From assembly GCA_026936335.1 (NCBI GenBank), contig JAPMXV010000070.1, positions 124,001 to 188,000 on the forward strand: 64,000 nucleotides of DNA, written 5' to 3'. Shown piece after piece: positions 1 through 11,071 of this stretch (within the stretch, counting starts at the first letter, position 1; every line of letters starts with the position of its first letter). Both the position numbers and the translations under genes were made by a program. The notes beneath the pieces were generated by a model that was not told where the DNA came from, did no database searches, and saw only the letters and a list, made by a program, of their open reading frames with translations. The DNA is from Mantamonas sphyraenae STR306 (lineage: Eukaryota; Protista; CRuMs).

Positions 1-3000
1 CCGTATGCAGTCTCGAATCGCGTTGGCAAGCTTCGTGCACGGATTTGAGTCGAACAGACACGAGCGCTTCAGGTTTAGGGGGTCTTGCAGCACGTCCCCA
101 CCACCACCACCACCCTCCATCTCCTCATTGTCCAGGTCACCGCCGCCACCACCACCCTCCATCTCCTCATTGTCCAGGTCCCCACCACCACCACCACCCT
201 CCATCTCCTCATTGTCCACGTCCCCACCACCACCACCACCCTCCATCTCCTCATTGTCCAGGTCCCCACCACCACCACCACCCTCCATCTCCTCATTGTC
301 CAGGTCCCCACCACCACCACCACCCTCCATCTCCTCATTGTCCACGTCCCCACCACCACCACCACCCTCCATCTCCTCATTGTCCACGTCCCCACCACCA
401 CCACCACCCTCCATCTCCTCATTGTCCACGTCCCAACCACCACCACGTTCCCCCTCCAGCCCTCCCCTCCCACCATCCTCGCCACCTCCAACCCCTGTGC
501 CCTCCGCCCCATCACCACCATACTCGCTCTCCACATCCACGGCGCCCTCTGCTGTCCGCTGCCGCTTGCGCGGCGGCCCGCCTTCGTCCCTGCCCACCTC
601 CTGCCACCGCCGCTCCACTTCCTCGGCCCCGTGATTCCGTATGACCCACTCGGTGAGGTACGCCACAACGGCGTAGCAAGCCTGAGCATTCTCCATAAAC
701 CACCGCCCTGTGTCTTGCACAAGCTTTGCACCAGCCATCTCCTCCGCCTCCACGCCCCACACCGCCGTCCCGGGCACATTTCTGTACCTCACCTGCTCTG
801 CAAACTCTTTCAGGGTGTTGATCTTGCCCAGGCGCTCCAGGTACGAGTGCTCCACACTCTGCAGCCACTCGTGAAAAGAGACCCTGGGCATTTTCATCTT
901 GCCCGGTGCGGTCGTCGCTTCCGCCGGCTTGCTCTGCTCCACGTCTTTCTTGTCGTCGTTGTACGTGGCAAACAGTCTCACAAACGCCTGTGCGATGGCT
1001 CTCTCCACGCCGTTGTTCGCACCCCGTACGATGACGTGCACTTTGCCCAGCGCGCTGGTGTCTTCTCCGCCTTCAACCACCACCTGCATGCACGTTGCAG
1101 CCTGGTGCACACCCTCCGCCTCTTTGGCTGCCGAAAGCACCTTCAGAAGGGCCACAGCACGCGCCCACATGGTCGCGACCTCCTCTGCGCTGCTGAACGC
1201 ATACCGGTTGGCCAGGTCCTCGTGGCCTGCGATGCGCGCCCGCGTTTCCACCTCCACGGCCTGACCAGATGACGCCTCGACCTTCCTGTGTTTCCACAGC
1301 ACCTGAAGCAGTGGTGTCGCGGCCGCGACGTTCACTGCGATTCCCTTTGTCGCCATCTTCTTGCCCTTCACCTTCTTGTCACCACCACCCTCCTCCACCA
1401 CAGGCTCCCGTGAGTCTGGCACAACCTCAACCTGCATCCCATCGTCTGCAGACTCATCCACCACCTCATCCACCTCCACCTCCTCCAGCCCCTGTGAATC
1501 AGACACAATCTCCACCTCCACCTCCCCGTTCCGCCGCTTGCGCTTCCTCAGATACGTCCTGAGCACCAGCCGCATCTCCGGCTCCCCCTCTGTCTTGTAG
1601 AACACCCCTCCATCTGCGGTCAATGCGCTTCGCCACAGATACGGGTCCGTGTTCTTGTTTCCCACCGTCACCCGATCGCTCTTGGCGCCGACTTTCTCTC
1701 TCATGTGCTTCACCATGAGGGCACGCAGCCCGACCCCTGCCTCCTGTTCCACCTCGTCCAATGGCCCTCCTGACACCGCCTTGGCGAGTGTCTCTTCCGC
1801 GTCAGCCCTCAGACAGCCCTTTTTGCCGTCCAATCTTGCATACTGGGCACCCCGCCTCCATTCTTGCTGCACGGGGCTGTCATTGCCCGTTGCCATCTTT
1901 GCAAACGCGTCACAGCACGTTTGCAGCTCGTCGTACACCGTGTCCAGCGTCAGGTCCTTGCTCTCCAACGCGTTGAGGCTCCCTTGTCGCAAGCCGAGCA
2001 ACTGCCGCAGGTCGCCTCGTGCATGCGCGCACGCTGCCGAGCCTGGTACGTAGCGATCATCAAAGTGACCGGCGACGGCGTACAAGGCAAGTCTCAGTCG
2101 CGTCTCTCGCCCAAGTCTGTAAAAGTCGCCATTGCGTGCCCTCACCACGATCAAGTCGACATCAACAGTTGGGGCCAGCCGCAGAAAGTCGCCGTCGTTG
2201 GTCAAAAAGACAACCGGCGTCCGTGCGTCCTGATCACCATGCCCCTGCCCCCTCTCCTCACCGTCCTCCTCCCCATCCTCTTCACCATGCCCCTGCCCCC
2301 TCTCCTTGTCTCTGCGTATCTGATCAACAACGTCAGAGCAGGCGTCATCTGCTTCCAGGCGACTGTGCGGTAGTACAAAAACGAACTCTTGGCTCTCTGC
2401 CCACTCCTTGCACACATTCCGCACAAAAACCCAGTATTCGTGGCTGCCAAAGACAAGGGGTTGCTGCAGTGGGTCTGTGAGTGAGTGCCCGGGTCACCTG
2501 TCTCCCACAAAACTCACCAGCTTGTCCGGCCTTTCTCCTTTTCGGTTGGTCCATACCACGAGCTGCCGCTCCATCTCGTCGAGCAGGGCTTCTCTCCAAC
2601 GGTCCCATTTGATGTGCCCCGGGCGCTGTCCAAAGAGAACAGCACTACTGGGCCGCTGTTCCATGACCAGCCAGAGCTGTAGCTCGGACTTCCGTGCGAT
2701 GCGCCCAATCCTCGCCAGCGTTCGCTTCACCTTACGTTCCAGCTCCGTGGTCACAACTTCCGCACTCTTGTCATGCATGCTCAGACGTGCCTTGCCCCAG
2801 AGGCGCTGTGGTGAAACTGCGAGAACTCGCTGTCAGAAATACGAATCCCGGGCAACACACACACGCACACATACACACGCACACACACGCACACACACGC
2901 ACGCACGCACCACATGCACGCGCCCTCACCACACGCGCAAGCTGGAATACGTCCCACACACCGCACAAAATCCAGGCCCAAAAAAAAAACAGTGCGCGAC

Positions 3001-3476
3001 CTCCCGCCCACCCACACCCACCCACACACACACACCATGCACACGCCGCCCTTCCTCCTCCCCCCCCCCCCACCTCCCCCCATCTTCCCCCTTCCCCACC
3101 CCCCCTCCACCCCTCCCTCCGCCGCTGCCGCCACATACGCACGCACACGTCTGCGGCTGATCACAAAAATCTTAAAAACAAGTCTCTCCCCCCAGGCCCC
3201 ATTCTCTCGCAACCTACGGTACGTAGCAGCGTCCACATAAACCTTGTTGGCTCCAGCGTTTCCAGCAGCCTGTAGGGCACGGACGACGTTCTGGTCCTTC
3301 TTCTTGGAGACGTGCACACGGTACCCTGCGAGCCGACTGGCCTCTCGCCACAACACCCCCTTTCCTTTGTTCCCACGCACCACCTGTGCATTTTCGTCGT
3401 CATTCGCGACTTGTGGATAGAGCTCTGGAAGGAACCAGGTGGACTCATCCACCTTGGTCGCCGCCGAAGCAGCCAT
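1..3476 (-). CDS. Hypothetical protein, 3'-truncated by the window edge; acidic Gly-rich repeat ([14 protein letters not shown])n near the C-terminus
   Basis: Long open minus-strand frame from 2463 to the window edge (absent from the ORF track because it has no stop here). It joins ORF 2494..2778 via intron 2464-2517 (GTGAGT...CAG, 54 nt) and probably exon 3147-3476 (MAASAATK) via intron 2830-3146 (GTGCGT...TGACAG, phase 0). Divergent from ARL2 with a ~47 bp gap. Confidence 0.6.
92..445. repeat. 42-bp coding tandem repeat, about 8 copies
   Basis: Unit ccaccaccaccaccctccatctcctcattgtcca(g/c)gtccc; encodes GD(L/V)[11 protein letters not shown] on the minus strand. Confidence 0.95.
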
Positions 3477-3523
3477 CCTCCTACCTTGGACAGTCCAGCG
3501 CACGCCGACGCACACCAACAACC

Positions 3524-4138
3524 ATGGGCCTGCTGTCTATCCTGAAGAAGGTCAAGCTCAAGGAAAAGGAGATGCGCCTGCTGATCCTTGGCCTGGACAA
3601 CGCAGGCAAGACCACTGTGCTGAAAAAGTTTAACGGCGAGGACATTGACGAGATCAGCCCCACGCTCGGCTTCAACATCAAGACGCTGGAGTACGACGAG
3701 TACGTTGGGAGGTGAGAGGGGGGTGACCAGTGGGTGAATGGGGGCTGACGAGCGTGCAGATACAACCTGAACTGCTGGGACGTGGGCGGTCAAACGACGA
3801 TCCGGAGCTACTGGAAGAACTACTTTGAGTCGACGGACGGCTTGATCTGGGTTGTCGACTCTGCGGACACGCGGCGGCTGGAGGACTGCAAGAAGGAGCT
3901 TGCAGAGCTGCTTGTGCAGGAGAAGCTTGCTGGTGCCTCGCTGCTTGTGTTTGCAAACAAGCAGGACCTGACGGGCGCGCTTTCCTGCGAGGAGATTGCC
4001 GAGTTTTTGAATCTGGACGCCATCTCCCCGCGCCACTGGCTGATCCAGCCGTGCTCCGCTGTCACCGGTGACGGCCTTGTGGACGGCATTGACTGGATTG
4101 TGAATGATATTGCGTCGCGTATCTATATGCTGGAGTAA
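3524..4138 (+). CDS. ARL2: ADP-ribosylation factor-like protein 2 (small GTPase)
   Basis: [50 protein letters not shown] motifs. One intron 3700-3759 (GTACGT...GCTGAC...CAG) restores the frame ([18 protein letters not shown]). Confidence 0.97.
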
Positions 4139-4292
4139 CGCGCGTCGGTTACTTTTTTGGCGGGAGGGTCTGGTGCGTTTGGGGGGGCGGCTTTGGACGA
4201 CGGCGTCGGGAGGCGCTTGCGGGTTTGGTGTGTGCATTGTGTGGCGTGATGGGGAGTTGGTGTGTGGGTGTTGGGTGGCCTGTGGTGTTGTG

Positions 4293-5843
4293 CGCGTGTG
4301 TACGCTGACCCTGGATGATGATCACCACAGCCAACGGCCCCCTTGTGTAGGTCCCCCCCCCCATGCCGTGCCATTCCCTGCCCCAACCAGACATACTAGC
4401 CAGTGTGCCTTCCACCCCGTGGCACTCTGGATTCAACGCTGGGAGATTCCTGCCACTCCAACGCGTGTGTGTACGCTGACGCTGGATGATGATCACCACA
4501 GCCAACGGCCCCCTTGTGTAGGTCCCCCCCCATGCCGTGCCATTCCCTGCCCCAACCAGACATACTAGCCAGTGTGCCTACCACCCCGTGGCACTCTGGA
4601 TTCAACGCTGGGAGATTCGATTCCACCTCTCCAACGCGTGTGTGTACGCTGACCCTGGATGATGATCACCACAGCCAACGGCCCCCTTGTGTAGGTCCCC
4701 CCCCCCATCCCGTGCCATTCCCTGCCCCCAACCAGACATACTAGCCAGTGTGCCTACCACCCCGTGGCACTCTGGATTCAACGCTGGGAGATTCGATTCC
4801 ACCTCTCCAACGCGTGTGTGTACGCTGACGCTGGATGATGATCACCACAGCCAACGGCCCCCTTGTGTAGGTCCCCCCCCCCATCCCGTGCCATTCCCTG
4901 CCCCAACCAGACATACTAGCCAGTGTGCCTTCCACCCCGTGGCACTCTGGATTCAACGCTGGGAGATTCCTGCCACTCCAACGCGTGTGTGTACGCTGAC
5001 GCTGGATGATGATCACCACAGCCAACGGCCCCCTTGTGTAGGTCCCCCCCCCATGCCGTGCCATTCCCTGCCCCAACCAGACATACTAGCCAGTGTGCCT
5101 ACCACCCCGTGGCACTCTGGATTCAACGCTGGGAGATTCGATTCCACCTCTCCAACGCGTGTGTGTACGCTGACCCTGGATGATGATCACCACAGCCCCC
5201 TTGTGTAGGTCCCCCCCCCCATGCCGTGCCATTCCCTGCCCCAACCAGACATACTAGCCAGTGTGCCTACCACCCCGTGGCACTCTGGATTCAACGCTGG
5301 GAGATTCGATTCCACCTCTCCAACGCGTGTGTGTACGCTGACCCTGGATGATGATCACCACAGCCAACGGCCCCCTTGTGTAGGTCCCCCCCCCATGCCG
5401 TGCCATTCCCTGCCCCAACCAGACATACTAGCCAGTGTGCCTACCACCCCGTGGCACTCTGGATTCAACGCTGGGAGATTCGATTCCACCTCTCCAACGC
5501 GCGTGTGTACGCTGACCCTGGATGATGATCACCACAGCCAACGGCCCCCCTTGTGTAGGTCCCCCCCCTCCCGTGCCATTCCCTGCCCCAACCAGACATA
5601 CTAGCCAGTGTGCCTTCCACCCCGTGGCACTCTGGATTCAACGCTGGGAGATTCGATTCCACCTCTCCAACGCGTGTGTGTACGCTGACCCTGGATGATG
5701 ATCACCACAGCCAACGGCCCCCTTGTGTAGGTCCCCCCCCATGCCGTGCCATTCCCTGCCCCAACCAGACATACTAGCCAGTGTGCCTTCCACCCCGTGG
5801 CACTCTGGATTCAACGCTGGGAGATTCGATTCCACCTCTCCAA
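4293..5843. repeat. ~172-176-bp tandem satellite, 9 copies
   Basis: Unit starts cgcgtgtgt(gt)acgctgac(c/g)ctggatgatgatcaccacagcc at about 4293, 4462, 4634, 4810, 4981, 5155, 5323, 5498 and 5670. Variation lies mainly in poly-C length and in two alternative 3' ends. Confidence 0.95.
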
Positions 5844-6269
5844 CCAACCCTCTGCACCCTCTCGCTCCTCTCACCCCTCTCACTCTGCACACGACCTGCT
5901 TCTCAGATATACCCACACAATGAACTCAATCGCAAACCCCTGTACCGCAGTCGACCGCCGTTTGCCAATCTTGCATCACCGCCGGCCGATGAGGATGCAC
6001 AAACGCAAACAGGAGAACGGTGAATCCCCCCCTACGAGTTGCCCTTGTCGTAAGGAGGTCAAGTGAGCAGATGGCTTCCTCGCTGCTCTCTGTGACAACG
6101 TCGGTGGGTCAGAAAAGAAAAAACACAAGACTCGCCCATGCTCTCTTCTGAGTTGTGCTCTGTCCAAACGATCCGAAGACAGACTTGCAACACTGGGAAG
6201 TAGGTGCATATTGCACACCACATGCTCGTTGTCTCCTCAATTTTCTCACGTCGTCCTCGCAAATTTTCA

Positions 6270-6980
6270 CTCTCTTCTCCACCAACAACTCACCCAATGA
6301 CCGAAACAACCCTGGCGATAAACATGAAAGAACACGAGGAGTGCTGTTCAACACGGGCACCCTGGACGCATGCATCCCGAGTGCCTGCCTTGGCTGACAC
6401 ACTCTCCCTCTCCTTCTCCACCAACAACTCACCCAATGACCGAAACAACCCTGGCGATAAACATGAAAGAACACGAGGAGTGCTGTTCAACACGGGCACC
6501 CTGGACGCATGCATCCCGAGTGCCTGCCTTGGCTGACACACTCTCCCTCTCCTTCTCCACCAACAACTCACCCAATGACCGAAACAACCCTGGCGATAAA
6601 CATGAAAGAACACGAGGAGTGCTGTTCAACACGGGCACCCTGGACGCATGCATCCCGAGTGCCTGCCTTGGCTGACACACTCTCCCTCTCCTTCTCCACC
6701 AACAACTCACCCAATGACCGAAACAACCCTGGCGATAAACATGAAAGAACACGAGGAGTGCTGTTCAACACGGGCACCCTGGACGCATGCATCCCGAGTG
6801 CCTGCCTTGGCAAACACACTCACCCTCCCCTTCTCCACCAACAACTCACCCAATGACCGAAACAACCCTGGCGATTAACATGAAAGAACACGAGGAGTGC
6901 TGTTCAACACGGGCTCCCTGGACGCATACATCCCGAGTGCTTTGGCAAACACACTCACCCTCTCCTTCTCCACCAACAAT
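6270..6980. repeat. 139-bp tandem repeat, 5 copies plus a partial copy; contains a copy of the 3' coding end of the downstream ankyrin gene
   Basis: Unit ttctccaccaacaactcacccaatgaccgaaacaaccctggcgataaacatgaaagaacacgaggagtgctgttcaacacggg... with 139-bp period; about 85 bp align with 9075-9158. Confidence 0.95.
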
Positions 6981-6992
6981 TCATTGCACCCG

Positions 6993-9242
6993 ATGACCCG
7001 TCTCCACCCACTCTGTGGACGCTTTGGCAGCGTGGACGCACTCAAGGCGGCGCTGCGCGAACCACAGTCTGACCCAAACGCACAGGACGGGTCCAGCGGG
7101 CGCACGGCGCTGATCACCGCGTGTTTGGCCAACCGGCCGGACAAAGCCTGGGTGCTGCTGACACACGGAGCGGACCCATCGGTGGCAGACATGTCTGGGA
7201 TGACAGCGATGCAACACGCTGTGGCACAGGACCACTTTGAATGCGTGCACACGCTGCTGCACTTCCATCCCGCCGCGGCGTTGCAGATCCCACGAGCGTA
7301 CACGCGATCTGCCGTCCTGGCGACGGGATGGAAGGTGTGGGAGGAAGGGAACGCAGGACGACAGTGGTTGCAGACACACTGCTACGGTGGTGGTCGTCGC
7401 GTTCTTCCGTGGTGCCCGTCCCTGCACTTTGCCGTGTCCCCACACGACGACACCGCGGTCGAACTCCTGCTCCTCATTGCACCCCACTTTCTCCTTCCAT
7501 CAAACACCACCGTACGCATCATACACTACCTTACGCTGTCATCGTGCACGGGTGTGCAACGGAACCGCGCACGTGATGCCTCGCCGTCCCGCTTGCTCGA
7601 GTTGGCCGTACGCAATGGGTCGGAGAACGATGTGGCCGAAGTGTGCCGTCTGCACGCAACCGACGCCTCCGTGTGGAAGGCGGCACTCGACCGATGTGTG
7701 CTCTTGGCCGCCGCCAAAGGCAAGGGCCCTGTGCTGCAAGTTCTGATCGACGCAGGCGGAGGGACAGCATACGTGGACAGCAAAGGAAACGGCTGTCTAA
7801 CTGTCGCCGCCGAACGTGGCTTTGTGCAGTGTGTACGCATCCTCTTGGAAGCCGGGGCAAACCCAAACTGCGCCAATCCGCACGGCGAGTCACCGCTCTT
7901 CCTGGCAGCGCTGCGAGGCCGTACCGAGTGTGTGCGTACTCTGGCCACAGCGGGCGCATCGATGGCGTCTGCGTTGGCTGGCGCCGTGGAGAACAAGCAC
8001 CTGGACACTGTCGAGACGTTGCTTGCGCTGGGGGCAGATCCCGACGAAAAGGCCCCGGACGGCACGCGTGTGTTGTACAGGGCCGTGTCACGTGCGTGGG
8101 GGAGAAAGACGCAGATTGCCACGGCGCTGCTGGATGCAGGCGCACACGCAGGGTTGTGCGGTCGCAAGCTCATGTTGGAGTGGAGCGCACTGTACCCGTG
8201 CACAAGGAGGGACGAGCTGGGATTGCGCCTTGTGCAAGCGGGTGCAGACGTGAGCAATGTCAACTTTGGAAGCGAGGCTGGGCGAGCGATGGCATCGGTG
8301 GCCGTCGATGTGGCCACGGCGCCGATCGAGTGTCTGACATTCCTACCGGCGTCGGAAGGCGAGCTGGACTTGACTGACGTGGTGGCAAGCATGACAAGGA
8401 ACCCGGGAAGGGTGGAAAGGATGGTGTTGAAGCGTACGCGTGTGCAACCCTCGGGAGCGATGGCGGTGTTTGCGTCGCAGGTGGCGGCGCTCAATCTGGA
8501 GGTGTGTGACCTGGATGCGGACGCGTGGGAGGCACTCAAGGCAGAGCTGATGCGTGACGAGAGTCTGTTGCGTGAGTTGCATCTGGATGGCATGGAGATC
8601 CCGAGGGATGTGCTTGCGGTCCTCCTTCGGTGTCTGAAGCAAGGGTCCGGTGCGCGTCTGGAAGCGGTGATGGGCAATCTGGAAGGAGTGGAAGTGAGCG
8701 AGAGCAACTGGCACCTTTGTCGCGTGGGCACTTTCATGGATTGGTGGGGCGATGTGTCGGGCGACGCAGAGGCGATTGTTCGGCGCAACTGGGCCGCCGC
8801 ACAGCGGCTGTTGAACATGGCCGAGGATGGAGATGTGGATGGCGTGCGTGAGATGGTGAGGATGGGTGTGCACATCGACACGCGTGCTGGGGGAAGATAC
8901 CGCAACGCGCTGGAGATTGGTGCGTGGAAGGGCGAGGACGGCGACGACGTCGTCCAGCTCGCACGTGAGTTGGGTGCACGCAGATCAGGGGAAGCGGTGA
9001 GGGGGGCCAAAGAGAGTGGCGTGTGGCGCAGGGACATCCACTGGCTGTGGGCCGACGCCCAACTCGACGCCGCCGCCGAAACCGCCCTGGTGATGAACAT
9101 GGAAGAACGCGAGGTGCTGTTCACCACGGGGTCCATGGACGCATACGTCCCGAGTGCCCTGTGGAGCACCCTTCCTGACGAGGTGATGGACCGCGTTCTG
9201 CGATGGATGCACCACCAAGACGGATCATCATGCGTAGGGTGA
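6993..9242 (+). CDS. Ankyrin-repeat protein with LRR-like segment and C-terminal F-box/PRANC-like motif
   Basis: Ankyrin motifs (GRTALITAC, GMTAMQHAV, GNGCLTVAAERG, GESPLFLAALRG), LRELHLDGMEI segment, terminal WSTLPDEVMDRVLRW and an internal W..H..LLL..LP..I..YL motif. First ATG after the repeat array chosen as start. Confidence 0.8.
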   Translation: MTRLHPLCGRFGSVDALKAALREPQSDPNAQDGSSGRTALITACLANRPDKAWVLLTHGADPSVADMSGMTAMQHAVAQDHFECVHTLLHFHPAAALQIPRAYTRSAVLATGWKVWEEGNAGRQWLQTHCYGGGRRVLPWCPSLHFAVSPHDDTAVELLLLIAPHFLLPSNTTVRIIHYLTLSSCTGVQRNRARDASPSRLLELAVRNGSENDVAEVCRLHATDASVWKAALDRCVLLAAAKGKGPVLQVLIDAGGGTAYVDSKGNGCLTVAAERGFVQCVRILLEAGANPNCANPHGESPLFLAALRGRTECVRTLATAGASMASALAGAVENKHLDTVETLLALGADPDEKAPDGTRVLYRAVSRAWGRKTQIATALLDAGAHAGLCGRKLMLEWSALYPCTRRDELGLRLVQAGADVSNVNFGSEAGRAMASVAVDVATAPIECLTFLPASEGELDLTDVVASMTRNPGRVERMVLKRTRVQPSGAMAVFASQVAALNLEVCDLDADAWEALKAELMRDESLLRELHLDGMEIPRDVLAVLLRCLKQGSGARLEAVMGNLEGVEVSESNWHLCRVGTFMDWWGDVSGDAEAIVRRNWAAAQRLLNMAEDGDVDGVREMVRMGVHIDTRAGGRYRNALEIGAWKGEDGDDVVQLARELGARRSGEAVRGAKESGVWRRDIHWLWADAQLDAAAETALVMNMEEREVLFTTGSMDAYVPSALWSTLPDEVMDRVLRWMHHQDGSSCVG

Positions 9243-9381
9243 GAGAATCGGTTGGTTGGACAAAGTACACCCCAGCCCCGGGTGTGCATGGTGGGAAGGA
9301 GACAGAGTGGAGGTAATGGATGAGCGCTGGGGGATCCACACAATGAACGGGACAAGTCAGGGAAAGGAAGGGGCATGGGAG

Positions 9382-11042
9382 ATGGTGAGAGTGGTTCGAG
9401 TGCACGCAGATGGTGTACGAACGGTGTGGATGGGGGTGACGGAGGGTGGGGATGGGATGCGGTTGGAGGTGGGAGTGGACGGGGGCGCGTACATTTGGGG
9501 CCGGTTGGTTTTGGGAGAGATCGGGTTTGCGTGTGGGATGGAGGAGGTGGAGGATGGTGGAGAATGGGTGAGCGAGGTGGGACAGGTGGGGGAGGTTGAG
9601 TGGATGGAGTTGGTCAAGGATGTAGGTTTGGAAGAGATGGTGGGGGGGGGGGAAAGGGGCCGGCACTGACACGGGAAAGCAGAGTGTGATCGTGTGCATG
9701 GTACAGGGAAGGATGATATACTGCAGACGATGGGAGGGCGGGTGTGGAATGGTGGCAAAGGCACAGAGTGAAGAGGCGGTGCAGATGGTGAGGCTGATGG
9801 AAGAGATGGATGCGCGGCGGGAGTTGCTTGTGGCACATGGGGTCACGGGTGGAGAAGGAGTGCCTGACGAGACGATGTGTGCGATGATGGATGCAGCAGC
9901 GGACGGGGATGTGGACATGGTGGAGGCGCTTGTGCTGGAGCTGGGAATGGATGTGGATGCAGTGGATGAGTTTGGGCGGACGGCATTGTTTTACGCGGCA
10001 GAACACGGGTACGGGATGGTGGTAGACAAGTTGGTGGTGGAGTTTGGGGCGGATGTCAACGCTGCGGATGAGGATGGCTGGACAGCATTGTTGTCGGCCG
10101 TAGAGGAGGGGCATGAACCCCTCGTTCAAACCCTTCTGGAACACGGGGCGGATGTCAACGCTGCGGATCAGGATGGCTGGACAGCATTGATGTCGGCCGC
10201 GGAACACGCCCACGAACCCATCGTTCAAACCCTCATCAACCACGGCGCGGATATCCACGCAACCACTTTGGATGGAAACACCGCGCTGATGTCGGCCGCG
10301 GAACACGCCCACGAACCCATCGTTCAAACCCTCATCAACCACGGGGCGGATGTCAACGCTGGGAACCAGAAAAGGATGGACAGCATTGATGTCGGCCGCG
10401 GAACACGCCCACGAACCCATCGTTCAAACCCTCATCAACCACGGCGCGGATATCCACGCAACCACTTTGGATGGACACAACGCATTGATTTCGGCTGTGC
10501 AACACGCCCATGGACCCCTCGCACAAACCCTCATCAACCACGGCGCGGATGTCGACTCCACGTTGACCACAGGGATGACGACGCTGATGTTTGCGGCAGG
10601 ACACGGGCACGTGGATCTGGTGGAGATGCTTCTACGCTGTGGAGCAGACGTGACAGCGAGGCATGCCAACGGGTGGTCCCCGCTAGCCTTTGCGGCCTAC
10701 AACGGCGAAACCCAAGTTGCTCAGCTCCTTGTCGAGCACGGATCCGAGGTGGATGCCCATGATGACAACCATGAGAACGGGTGGACACCGCTGATGTGGG
10801 CGGCACAGCAAGGACACCTGGAGACGGTGGACAAGTTGCTGCAGTGGGGCGCAGACGTCACTCTTGCCACCACGGACGGCTGGACAGCCCTTCACAGTGC
10901 AGCACTAGGAGGACACCCCGAGACAGTGGTGTCACTCGTCCAACAGGGTGCAGACATGAATGCCCGCGAAGATCTTGGCTACACCGTCCTCGACGCGGCC
11001 CTCCAAAGTGCAGACGTTGACACCATCGCCTTGTTACTGTAA
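9382..11042 (+). CDS. Head-domain + ankyrin-repeat protein (about 11-12 repeats) with one frameshift
   Basis: Exon 1 DGVRTVWMGVTEGGDGMRLEV..GRLVLG; intron 9622-9682 (GTAGGT...CTGAC...CAG); exon 2 IVCMVQGRMIYCRRWEGGCG then ankyrins. An extra A in gaaaagga at ~10370 shifts the frame from ORF 9686 to ORF 10350..11042. Start codon uncertain. Confidence 0.75.
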
Positions 11043-11071
11043 CCAACTACATCCACTAATCACCCCCACCC

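Noticed and set aside
5-1272. Plus-strand Pro/His/Thr-rich ORFs as extensin-like genes
   Set aside because: They are antisense shadows of the minus-strand gene that runs off the window edge.
4608-4640. tRNA/tRNA-Sec-like TTCGATTCCACC segment in the 174-bp satellite
   Set aside because: The flanking bases cannot form a T-stem and no cloverleaf or A-box is evident.
4293-6980. CRISPR array interpretation of the two tandem arrays
   Set aside because: Units are repeated in full with no unique spacers, there are no cas genes, and the context is eukaryotic.
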